Source: Candidatus Latescibacterota bacterium
GTDB taxonomy: Bacteria; Latescibacterota; UBA2968; UBA8231
DNA: 64,000 nucleotides
NCBI GenBank assembly: GCA_965248355.1
Contig: OZ252098.1
Coordinates: 4,160,001 to 4,224,000 of the forward strand
Direction of reading: 5' to 3'
The first letter of the stretch is position 1; each line of letters opens with the position of its first letter. Shown here one piece after another: positions 55,287 to 64,000 of the stretch. The notes under the pieces are model-generated. The model made no database searches and had not been told where the DNA came from. It worked only from the letters and a program-made list of their open reading frames with translations. The position numbers were made by a program, and so were the translations under genes.

Positions 55287-55955
55287 ATGATGAGCGACTA
55301 CGACCTGAGGCTGGTGGAGGACGAGCTGGCCCCCGGCGGCCGGATCGCAATCCCGGCGCTGACCGGTTTCCGGATCATCTACGTGGGCAGGGGCCGTGCG
55401 GAGGTCGCGCCCGCGGGCGGCGGCCAGCAGGAGCTGGGGGAGAACACGGCGCGCTTCGGCGCGGAGGCCTGCTCCGTGAAGGCCGGCGCCGACGGCGCCA
55501 CCCTGTGGCGCTGGGAGATGATGCGGGGCGAGGGCGGCTGGCGCGCCGAGGGCGAGGAGGCGAGCTGCCTCCTCAAGGCGTCGCACGGCCTGCAGTTGGA
55601 CCCGGGAGAGGAGTGGATGATGCGCTGCGACCGCGTCGACTTCCCGCCCGGGGGCATCGCCTACACCCACGTCCACTCGGGCCCGGGGTTGCGCTGCCTG
55701 CTGCGGGGCGAGCTCATGGTCCGGGTGGAGGACAGCAAGGAGTGGATCGTGCGGCCCGGGGAGACCTGGTTCGAGCGTGGTCCCGACCCGATCTACGCCC
55801 GCGCCTCGGACGAGCCGACGAGTTTCGTCCGCGCCATGGTGGTGCCCCGGTCCTACAAGGGACGCACCACCATCACCTACGTGAAGGCCGAGGACGCGGA
55901 CAAGCCGAAGCCGCAGCAGTACACCCGGTTCGTCGACGAGTTCATCGACCCATGA
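55287..55955 (+). CDS. Cupin-domain protein
   Basis: HVHSGPGLRCLLRGE and PGETWFE cupin motifs. Confidence 0.75.
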   Translation: MMSDYDLRLVEDELAPGGRIAIPALTGFRIIYVGRGRAEVAPAGGGQQELGENTARFGAEACSVKAGADGATLWRWEMMRGEGGWRAEGEEASCLLKASHGLQLDPGEEWMMRCDRVDFPPGGIAYTHVHSGPGLRCLLRGELMVRVEDSKEWIVRPGETWFERGPDPIYARASDEPTSFVRAMVVPRSYKGRTTITYVKAEDADKPKPQQYTRFVDEFIDP

Positions 55956-56554
55956 CCGGCCTGGTGCTGCAAGGAAGGGTCAACTGGTCCGGCGAGCACT
56001 GGATCAGCTATCTGCGCCCGCCGGGCGCCTCGGCGGACACCGGCATGGTCAGCCTCTACAACATGCGCTACACCGAGGCCGGCCACGGCTTCGTCGCCTT
56101 CGTCGTCATCGACGACGAAGGCGGTCCGGCCTTCAAGGGCCTGTGCACGGACAACCGGGGGCTGGTGGATTTCGTCCGCGAGCGGGTCCTCCACCAAGCC
56201 AGCCATCCGCCCTACGACGAAGAGCTGCCGGTGATGGAGGCCCACTTCACCCAGGCCGGACACGTGGCCCGCGACCCCTCGTGGACGATCGCCGCCGCCG
56301 GGCGAGAGATCACGGCCCGGTGGGGGCGGATCCAGCCGGTGGTCATCGCCGCCGGCCCCTGGCCGGGCGCCGGCCCGAGCAACTACGTCTGCTCCCTGCT
56401 TCACTTCGCCGAGGAGTCCTCCATCACCCTGGACGGGCGCGCCGTGGCAGGAAGGCCCTATCCGCGGGACATCTGGAGGCCCTCCATCGGCGGCGACCGC
56501 AGCTCCTGCGTCTTCGCCATCTCGGAGAGCCTGCTGACGGTGGAGCTGGACTGA
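55952..56554 (+). CDS. Hypothetical protein
   Basis: ATGA overlap with the cupin gene; codon usage matches neighbours. Confidence 0.65.
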   Translation: MTGLVLQGRVNWSGEHWISYLRPPGASADTGMVSLYNMRYTEAGHGFVAFVVIDDEGGPAFKGLCTDNRGLVDFVRERVLHQASHPPYDEELPVMEAHFTQAGHVARDPSWTIAAAGREITARWGRIQPVVIAAGPWPGAGPSNYVCSLLHFAEESSITLDGRAVAGRPYPRDIWRPSIGGDRSSCVFAISESLLTVELD

Positions 56555-56602
56555 GCGGGTACGCCAGGAAACGAAGCTCCTGACAGGTTCTTTTATTCGC
56601 AG

Positions 56603-56794
56603 CTATCGAAAGGAACCGGGGAGTCGCTGCGCATGGGGCTGGTAGCGGGGGAAGTGGTGAACCTTTTGGCCGTTCTCGCTCCACCGGGTAGCCACGCACA
56701 GGGCGCCGGGGCGGGCGCCACAGACGGGACACTCGACGGCCAGGTCGTCACTGTGGGCCCGGGCCGTCGTTCGGCGCCTCTCGGTCTCGGTCAT
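56603..56794 (-). CDS. Small phage-type zinc-finger protein
   Basis: CPVCGARPGALC...HAQR motif. Confidence 0.55.
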   Translation of the reverse strand: MTETERRRTTARAHSDDLAVECPVCGARPGALCVATRWSENGQKVHHFPRYQPHAQRLPGSFR

Positions 56795-56982
56795 CGGATC
56801 GCGCTTTCCCTCTCCGGGGTTCCCCGGCTCCTCGCTGGAGCCGGGCCGCACACAACCACCGCGAAGCCCGGCATTTCCCCGGGTATCGAACACGGAGGGA
56901 GCGCACGTTAGCAGAAACTAACCCCCGGCGCCTTCGACCGCCGCGGCGCCCGATCCGAGCCCTGGCGCAGCCCGGCGAGCAA

Positions 56983-57733
56983 ATGGCCCTGTTCCACCTA
57001 CCCCCGGACGTGGAATGCCTGTCCTGGCTGCTCAACGCCTACGACCAGTCCGGAGGCGAGGCCATGACCAAGGGCCGGGGCGCCCCTTGGGACCTGCGCC
57101 TATGGGTGGCCTTCATGCTGCACCTTTTCCATCGAGGACAGAGACGGACAGCTACACGGCTGCCGCTTCGCAGAGGCCCGCGTTATCCGATGGCTGCACC
57201 CGGACGGGTGGGCAACCGCCGCGGCGACTGGCACCGCTTCCCGGAGGCCCTGCGCCGCGTCTCCGGCCTGACAACCCCCTTCGGCAATTGGGACGTTCCG
57301 CTTATCACCGTCCAAGCCTTCCCCCGCGAGTACGACCCGGACGCCTGGATCCCCGTCAACCAAGTGTGCCCGCCGACCGCCGCCCGGGGCGCCCCCGTCG
57401 ACTTCGACCGCCTGACCCGCTACGGCACCGAGTCCGCCACCCTGTACCGCGCCTACCTGTCCGCCGTCGCCTGGATGGACCGGAGCGCCCGCCAAGGCCG
57501 AGCCCTCACCGCCGCCGACGGCGAGGCCCTGGCCCGCTTCAACCGGCCCCTCACAGCGGACGGCCTGGCCCGGCTGGCCGGCCTGGACCCCAAGGCCAAC
57601 CGCACGAACCGCCGCCGCTCCCTGGCCGCCTTCGAGCGCCTGGCCGACGACGGTATGCTCGACCTGGTGACCGATGGCCGCTCCCGGTTCCGCCTGCTTG
57701 GCCCGTGTCAACCGGGTACACTCGCCGCCGTAA
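56983..57733 (+). pseudogene. Phage/satellite hypothetical protein (possible replication initiator remnant with C-terminal wHTH)
   Basis: GRGAPWDLRLW and LYRAYL segments with a helix-turn-helix-like tail; apparent frame disruptions at ~57125-57210; 3' end approximate. Confidence 0.35.
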
Positions 57734-57977
57734 GTGACTGTCCCGCAACGGTTCCCATTTTAGCCCGAGCAGTACCCGAACAACGCCGCTCTAGCGAGCG
57801 AGCTTGTACTGCTACCGCACCGACAAGAACCCCACCCCCAAACCCAACAGCAGCAGCGAGGCGCCCCGGGGTTCTGCAACCCCTGACCCGCGAAGCCTAG
57901 ACACAACCCCCGGAACCATGGCGCGTATGCGCGGCTGTTGGCGCATACGAGGGCAGCCAGCACGACCCCCGTACCAT

Positions 57978-58228
57978 GGCGGAATATTCCGTAGCGTAGC
58001 CCCTAAGGCGCAGCGTCAAACGGAATATCTCTGCCAGGCACATAGCCCTCCTTCTCACTGCTGCGCCCCACGGGCGCCCTCACCGGTAGCGGTACAGCAC
58101 GAGCCAGCAGATACGAGACAACGGCGTACGCCATCAACAGCCGTCCGGCCGTTGATGGCCTAACAGTGCCGAGAAGGCCACGCTTACCGCTTCGCCCTTG
58201 AGGGGCTACGCTGCTGAATATTCCCGCC
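57978..58228. repeat. ~35-bp imperfect inverted repeat pair
   Basis: 57978-58010 GGCGGAATATTCCGTAGCGTAGCCCCTAAGGCG versus the reverse complement of 58193-58228, GGCGGGAATATTCAGCAGCGTAGCCCCTCAAGGGCG. Confidence 0.75.
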
Positions 58229-58820
58229 CCTGATACCTGATTGCAGACAGGCCCGGCACCCCGGATGCAGCAACAGCAAGATGGCAAGGGAACAGCAACA
58301 GCGCCGGACTCAAGCCACGGTTGACGCAGCTTGGGAAGGGCTGCCCGGGGTCCGTATCGTGAGCCGCGACGCCCGCGACGCCGACACTGGGGAGCGCGGA
58401 TGGATTGTGGTTCCAGAGGATGCCGCCGCCGCCATCGAGGCCCGATAAGGGGATTTGCCGCCAACCGGCGACGAAAACGGCCGTAAGTTGTTGTTTTTTC
58501 CCCATTATGCACCTCCCTCGACCCCGACAAGGAAGGGAAGGGGGGGGAGAAGGAACGGGCCGGGACGGCCTGACGGGCCGCCCTCCCGTCCTTCCTGCCC
58601 AAGAGCAACATGCAACAGCCTACCCCACCCCCACCCCCACCCCCACCGCCCCCACGCCCGTCAACAGCCGTCCGGCCATTGACGGCCTAACGGAGCCCGT
58701 CGCCACCCACGCCAGCCGAGCCCCAGGCACCGGCACATCGAGGCCCTGCAAGACAGGCCCGGCACCCTTCATGCAGCAGCAGCAGGGAAGGGTGTCCAAC
58801 GGTTTGACGCCCTGGGGAGC
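58130..58820. repeat. Imperfect direct repeat blocks
   Basis: CAACAGCCGTCCGGCC.TTGA.GGCCTAAC at ~58135 and ~58662; AGACAGGCCCGGCACC...ATGCAGCA.CAGCA at ~58245 and ~58751. Confidence 0.75.
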
Positions 58821-58835
58821 AACAGATACCCTCTA

Positions 58836-60006
58836 GTGTCGCGTCCGACAAATGAGTTGTAAAAACAGAGTCAAGGCCTTATCTTCAGGCCATGGCCCGC
58901 CCGGTGTCCCGCCTTGAGTTGACCGCGTCCGAGCGACAGGAGTTGGAGCGTCGCGTCAGGGCCCCCTCCGCGTCCCAGCGCGACAGCCTGCGCGCGGCCA
59001 TCGTCCTGCGCCGGGCCGAAGGGATCAAGCAGGTGCAGGTGGCCGCCGAGTTGGGCGCCAGTGTGGCGTGTGTGAACAAGTGGTCGCAACGCTTTGATCG
59101 CGAGGGTTTGGCGGGACTGAACGACGCCAAGGGCCGGGGCCGGCCGGCGAGCTTGCCGGCGGACAAGGTCGAGCAGGTCCTCACCGCGGTCACGCAGCCG
59201 CCGAAGCCGCGCACGCGCTGGAGCGTGCGCTCGATGGCCCAGGCGGCGGGGATGTCGCCGGACAGCGTGCACCGGATCTGGAAGGCCAACGACATCAAGC
59301 CCCATTTGACCAAGACCTTCAAGGTCTCCACGGACCCGCACTTCGAGGAAAAATTCTGGGACGTGATCGGGCTCTACCTGGATCCCCCCGAGCGCGCGCT
59401 GGTGCTGTGCTGTGACGAGAAGAGCCAGTGCCAGGCGCTGGAACGGACCCAGCCGGGCTTGCCGCTGGGGATCGGCGACATCCGCACCCGGACCCACGAT
59501 TACAAGCGCCACGGTACGATCACCTTGTTCGCCGCGCTCAACTACCTCGACGGCAAGCTCATCGCGCGTCTGGAGGCGCGTCATACCCACGTCGAATGGC
59601 TCCGCTTTCTCAAGCAGATCGACCGCGAGACGCCCAAGAACCTGTCGCTGCACCTGATCGTGGACAACGCCGGCCCCCACAAGGAGGAGAGCGTGCAGCA
59701 TTGGTTGTCTCGGCATCGGCGCTTCCATGTCCATTTCATCCCCACCAGTTCCTCCTGGATGAACTTGGTCGAACGGTTCTTCGGCGAGCTGACGCAGGAT
59801 GTGATTCGGGACGGCAGCTTTGCCAGCGTCGGGGAGTTGGTGCGCGACATCGAAGCCTACTTGGCGCAGCGGAACTTGGCCCCCAAACCCTACCGCTGGA
59901 AGGCCGACGGCGAGACCATCCTGCGCAAGATCCAGCGCGCTCGGGAGACGGTGGCGGCGACATCGGACAGCCCTTGTTGATTCTTCTTAATTCTCGGACG
60001 GGACAC
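58836..60006 (+). mobile_element. IS630 family insertion sequence
   Basis: Inverted repeats GTGTCGCGTCCGACAAAT / GTGTCCCGTCCGAGAATT with TA on both sides (CTAG context). Confidence 0.92.
58892..59980 (+). CDS. IS630 family transposase
   Basis: CCDEKSQ, HDYKRHGT, IVDN and SSWMNLVERFF motifs. Confidence 0.93.
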   Translation: MARPVSRLELTASERQELERRVRAPSASQRDSLRAAIVLRRAEGIKQVQVAAELGASVACVNKWSQRFDREGLAGLNDAKGRGRPASLPADKVEQVLTAVTQPPKPRTRWSVRSMAQAAGMSPDSVHRIWKANDIKPHLTKTFKVSTDPHFEEKFWDVIGLYLDPPERALVLCCDEKSQCQALERTQPGLPLGIGDIRTRTHDYKRHGTITLFAALNYLDGKLIARLEARHTHVEWLRFLKQIDRETPKNLSLHLIVDNAGPHKEESVQHWLSRHRRFHVHFIPTSSSWMNLVERFFGELTQDVIRDGSFASVGELVRDIEAYLAQRNLAPKPYRWKADGETILRKIQRARETVAATSDSPC

Positions 60007-60008
60007 TA

Positions 60009-61313
60009 GTGGCCGCCATCTTTCTCGCCTACCTGGTGGGACCCCTGAACGAACGCGGCTGGCGTGGTCTGGTGGCGAGCCTCACCGGACGCCTGGCCGG
60101 CGAGCTGCGAGAGGCCACCCGCGACACGGCCCTTGTCTCCGGTCTCCAGGTCCACCGGCGGCTGAGTCCTCCCCCGGGCCGCCTCACTGGGGAGAACGGC
60201 GCCACGGTCGACTTCCTGGCCGCCGACCGCGCCGGAGCTCATGCCATGGGCGCCGACCTGGCCGTCGTCGACGAGGCCGGCCTTCTGCAGGAACGTGACC
60301 GCCCTTTGTGGGATTCGGTGGTGTCGTGTCTTGGAGGCCGCAACGGGCGGCTGCTTTGCATCTCGATTCAAGGCCGCGGTCCGATGTTCGCCGAGATGAA
60401 GGCGCGCCGGAAGGACCCGGCCGTAGTGTATCACGAGTACGCCGCCGAGCCGGAGGATGACCCCGCTTCGGAAGCGACGTGGCACAAGGCGAATCCCGGC
60501 CTGAAGTCTGGCGTCAAGAGCATCGAGCACATGCGACGGGCCGCCCGCCGCGCCCTGGGCGCCCCGGAGGCCATGCCCGGCTTTCTGAGCTACGAGTTGA
60601 ACATGCCGACGGACCCGGCTATGCAGACCATCGTCTCCGTGGACGAATGGCTACCGCTCTACGAGGCCGAGGTCCCGGAGCGCGACGACGACGTTACGAT
60701 TGGCGTCGACCTGGGCGGCAGCACGTCGATGACCGCCGCCGCGTTGTACTTCCCGCGCACCGGGCGGCTGGAGGTCCTGTCAGCCTTCCCCTCTACCCCG
60801 GACCTGCGGGAGCGAGGCCGCGCCGATGGCGTTGGTAGCCTCTACGAGACCCTGCGAGACACTGGGGAGTTGCTTGTGCTGCCGGGCCGCGTCACCCCGG
60901 TTGACGAGTTCCTGGCGAGAGTGGGCGAAGAGGTGGCCGACCTGCGAGTTGTGTCCGCCGGCGCCGACCGCTTCCGCCGGGCCGAGTTCGAGCAGGCCGT
61001 TGAGAACGCCGGTCTCCAGTGGCGTCTGGAGTGGCGCGGTTCCGGCGCCCACGGCACCACCGAGGCCGCCCACGACGTTCGAGCCTTTCAGCGCGCCGTC
61101 AGAACCCGGGCCCTGTTCCCTCACCGGCACCCGTGTCTTGCCCTGGAGAGCGCCATAGCCGCCTCGACTCTGACGTTCGACGTGGACGGAAACCCCCGCC
61201 TCGACCGGCGTACTCGCCGGGGACGAATCGACCCGTTGAGCGCGACCGTGATCGCCTGCGGTCTGGGCGAGCTGGCCCGGCCGAGGCTCGACCGCCGTTT
61301 CCTCATCCGATGA
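60009..61313 (+). pseudogene. Phage terminase large subunit, N-terminus (Walker A) lost
   Basis: Walker B AVVDEAG, ISIQG, WHKANPGL, GVDLG and IDPLSA motifs; begins directly at the IS630 end. Confidence 0.8.
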
Positions 61314-61365
61314 CAACCCCCTCAAATCGCCCGTATCGGGCGTTTTCACCGAAGGAGCACCACCC

Positions 61366-62573
61366 ATGTTGAAGTCACAGAAGGCCGCCCTCGCACTCTC
61401 CAAGCTGCGCGAGCGCGCCGCGATCCTCACCGGGCAGGAGACCGCACCGCCGAGGAGGACACCGAGCTGCAGGCCTTGCCCGGCCAGGTCGCCGAGGCGG
61501 AGAAGCAGTACCGCACCGCCGTCGAGGCGGAGGACGCGGAGAACCGCCGTGAGCCCGACGGCGAGGTCCGCGAGCTGGCCGGCCTACAGTCGCGCGCCAG
61601 TGTCGCCGAGATCGTGGCCGGCGCCATGTCCGGAGGACAGCCCGAGGGCGCCACCCGGGAGCTGCAGAAGCACCACAACCTGGCCGGCAACCAGGTTCCG
61701 CTTTCCCTGTTGGTCGACCGCCAGCAGCCCGAGGACCCGGACCTGCAGAAGCGCACGTCCGGGGTCACCCCGGGGCCCACGTCCGGGCCGGCCATGCAAC
61801 AGCCGGTGATCCCCTTCGTGTTCCCGGAGTCCGCCGCCGCCTTCCTGCAGATCCCGCAGCCGACCGTCCCGGCCGGCGAAGCCGTCTACACCGTGGTCAG
61901 CACCGCAGCGACCCCGGGCAAGCCCGCCGAGGGTGCCGACCAGGACCACAGCGCCGGAGCCCTCACCGCGTCGGTTCTCACCCCGTCGAGGATCCAGGCC
62001 TCGTTGTTCTTCAGCATCGAGGACCGCGCCCGGGTGCCGCAGCTCGACGCGGCGTTGAGGGAGAACCTGTCCGCCGCCCTGGCGGATGAGCTGGATGAGA
62101 CCGTGATCGACGACCTGCTGACGGGCTCCACCCTGTCGCAGATCGACGCCAGCGCGGCCGACACCTTCGAGACCTACCGCTCCCGGTTCGCCTTCCTTCG
62201 CGTGGATGGCACGTACGCGAGCGACACCGAGGCCCTGCGCCTGGTGATCGGTTCGGCAACCCTGGCCTCCATGGCCGCCAAGTTCCGCGGCACCGCCTCC
62301 GACGTGGACGCCTACATGAGCCTGAAGGAGATCACCGCCGGGGTGCGGGTGTCCGCGCACGTCCCGGGCGTTACCAGCAACAAGCAGCCCGGCGTGGTCC
62401 GCCGAGGATCGAGGATGGACGCCGTGACTGCCATGTGGCAAGGCGTCGAGCTTTTGGAGGACAGGTATACGCAGACCAAGGCCGGGGAGGTGGTCCTGAC
62501 CGCGACCATGTTGTACGCGCACCAGGTACTCCGCACCGCCGGCTTCCCCCGCGTCGAGGCGCAGCACGCATAG
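61366..62573 (+). CDS. HK97-like major capsid protein with one frameshift at ~61440 (possibly a sequencing error)
   Basis: Coiled-coil N-terminal delta-like domain; PAEG and LTPSRI motifs; DRYT..KAGEVVLTATM tail; AAGGAG RBS; flanked by terminase and protease. Confidence 0.7.
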
Positions 62574-62578
62574 GCCAC

Positions 62579-62611
62579 GGGCCCGGGGGTTCAACACTCC
62601 CGGGCCCCTTC
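62579..62611 (+). terminator. Hairpin after the capsid gene
   Basis: GGGCCCGGGGGT-TCAAC-ACTCCCGGGCCC followed by a weak T tract. Confidence 0.45.
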
Positions 62612-62627
62612 AGAGAAGGAATCCAAG

Positions 62628-63137
62628 ATGCAGCCGGAGAAGCGATACAGGTACGCGCCCCTCACGTTGCGCCAGGATGGCGACGGCCGGCGGCTGGAGG
62701 GCGTGCTCGTTCTGTATTCCGAGATCGCCCCGGCCTTCGGGAAGAGGATCGAGCCGGGCGCCTTCGGTGACGTGGGCCAGGTCGACGCGATCTTGAACCT
62801 GCAGCACGACAGGAGACGACCTCTCGCCCGATCCGGTGCCGGTCTCGACCTGGTGGACACCGCCGAGAACCTGCAGGTCCGCGCCGAGCTGCCGGATACC
62901 ACCGACGGCAACGACGCCCTGACCCTGGTCAAGGCCGGAGTGCTGCGAGGCCTGAGCGCGGAGTTCTTCGTCCGAGAGGCGCACACAAGCCCGGAGGGCG
63001 TCGAGGTCGTGACCGGCGCCGAGCTGGTAGGTGTCGGCCTGGTCGACCGCCCGGCCTATCCGAGCGCGACCGTGGAGGCCCGCCAGGAGGCGCAGAGACG
63101 CCGCCTGAGCCGTTCGGCCGCCGGGGTGTGGTTCTGA
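62628..63137 (+). CDS. HK97 family prohead protease
   Basis: RIEPGAF, NLQHD (catalytic His), GLSAEF (catalytic Ser) and GLVDRPAYP motifs. Confidence 0.85.
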   Translation: MQPEKRYRYAPLTLRQDGDGRRLEGVLVLYSEIAPAFGKRIEPGAFGDVGQVDAILNLQHDRRRPLARSGAGLDLVDTAENLQVRAELPDTTDGNDALTLVKAGVLRGLSAEFFVREAHTSPEGVEVVTGAELVGVGLVDRPAYPSATVEARQEAQRRRLSRSAAGVWF

Positions 63138-64000
63138 TGGGGTGGCCCTTCCGAAAGCGAGAGGCGCCCGTCAGGGTGGACTACACATCCCAACGGATCG
63201 CCGAGATCCTGAGCCGGGCCAACGCCCCGGAGGTGGACGCGGCCGCCGTCAGCGCGGTGGCTATCGCCTCCAGCCTCTACGAGTCCGCCGTCGTGGCCGC
63301 CACCTTCACCGCGGAGGGCGTCGACTTCCCGGCCTGGTGGAGAGCCCTACTCGGCCGCGCCCTGATCGAGCGAGGCGAGTTCGTGTCCGTGATCGACGTG
63401 GAGGACGGAGGGCTGGACCTGCTGCCCTGCACCTCGTGGGATGTGACCGGACGCGCCCGGCCCTCCGAATGGCGCTATCGCTGCGACGTGGCTTCGCCGT
63501 CCAGAACCTTCACAAGACGGGTGCCGGCCGAAGGCGTGGTCCATGTGAGACTACACGCCTCCGCCTCCGCTCCCTGGAAGGGCCGCGCCCCGTGGGCCGT
63601 GGCGTCCAGAACATCGGCCCTGGCCGGCCGCATCGAGACGGCCCTCGAGCGCGAGGCCGTCTTGCCCTCCGGCACACTGACGAGCTTCCAGGACCTGACC
63701 GCCGTGCAGATGGATCAACTTGAATCCCGCTTCAAGACCGGAGGCCACACCGCTGTCAGCTCTGGAGGCCCCGCCTCTCAAGTCTCCAGTGCGCCGACCC
63801 GCTTCGGACCGGCCCCCGCCTCGGCGATGGTTTCGCTTCGTGAGCAGGTCCAGGGTGACGTTCTGAGCGCCTGCGGTATCGTCCGCGAGCTGGTGCAGTC
63901 CGGCCAAGGGACCAACGCCCGCGAGGTGACGCGACGGTGGAGGACTCTGCACCTGGAGGCCGTCGGCGACCGCATCCGCGAAGAGCTGGAGGCGAAGCTG
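63137..64000 (+). CDS. Portal-like protein, 3'-truncated by window edge
   Basis: Open frame from ATG 63137 (MGWPFRKRE...) to the window end; RALIERGEF, VVHVR, PWKGRAP and LSACGI motifs as in HK97-type portals. Confidence 0.65.
   Translation, partial: MGWPFRKREAPVRVDYTSQRIAEILSRANAPEVDAAAVSAVAIASSLYESAVVAATFTAEGVDFPAWWRALLGRALIERGEFVSVIDVEDGGLDLLPCTSWDVTGRARPSEWRYRCDVASPSRTFTRRVPAEGVVHVRLHASASAPWKGRAPWAVASRTSALAGRIETALEREAVLPSGTLTSFQDLTAVQMDQLESRFKTGGHTAVSSGGPASQVSSAPTRFGPAPASAMVSLREQVQGDVLSACGIVRELVQSGQGTNAREVTRRWRTLHLEAVGDRIREELEAKL

Noticed and set aside
56554..56610. tRNA/att site at the left edge of the phage-like element
   Set aside because: No tRNA cloverleaf, direct repeat or integrase is visible in the window.
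57900..58830. CRISPR array
   Set aside because: Each repeat has only two degenerate copies, without regular spacers or cas genes.

Overview
A high-GC bacterial chromosome segment. Its expanded Gfo/Idh/MocA, DUF6785-like, phytanoyl-CoA dioxygenase and TIM-barrel families resemble those of Latescibacterota/Poribacteria-like host-associated bacteria; this taxonomic hint is inference only. 1-13.4 kb holds housekeeping and energy genes: ppk2, an internally deleted clpB, degP, hemH and a Rieske/cytochrome b/pentaheme cytochrome c module. 13.4-56.5 kb is a large uncharacterised catabolic-type island: four paralogs of an unknown ~650-aa family, GHL10-like TIM barrels, five Gfo/Idh/MocA oxidoreductases (one truncated), two DUF6785-like membrane proteins and two M19 peptidases. 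The most striking structure is an 11,926-bp insertion (20821-32746). It begins at the 5' end of one group II intron and ends at the 3' end of a second, diverged, directly repeated intron. Removing it restores a 382-aa oxidoreductase. The 5.3-kb cargo between the introns is circularly permuted: joining its ends rebuilds a stop codon-RBS-start junction. This points to intron-mediated integration of a DNA circle, or to an intron-bounded composite element. Five IS elements are present (two IS3, ISAzo13, IS256, IS630), two of them nested in the second intron. 56.6-64 kb is a decayed phage- or satellite-like element with the gene order terL-capsid-protease-portal. Many single-base frameshifts may be sequencing errors. 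All family assignments come from motif recognition by eye; no database searches were run.
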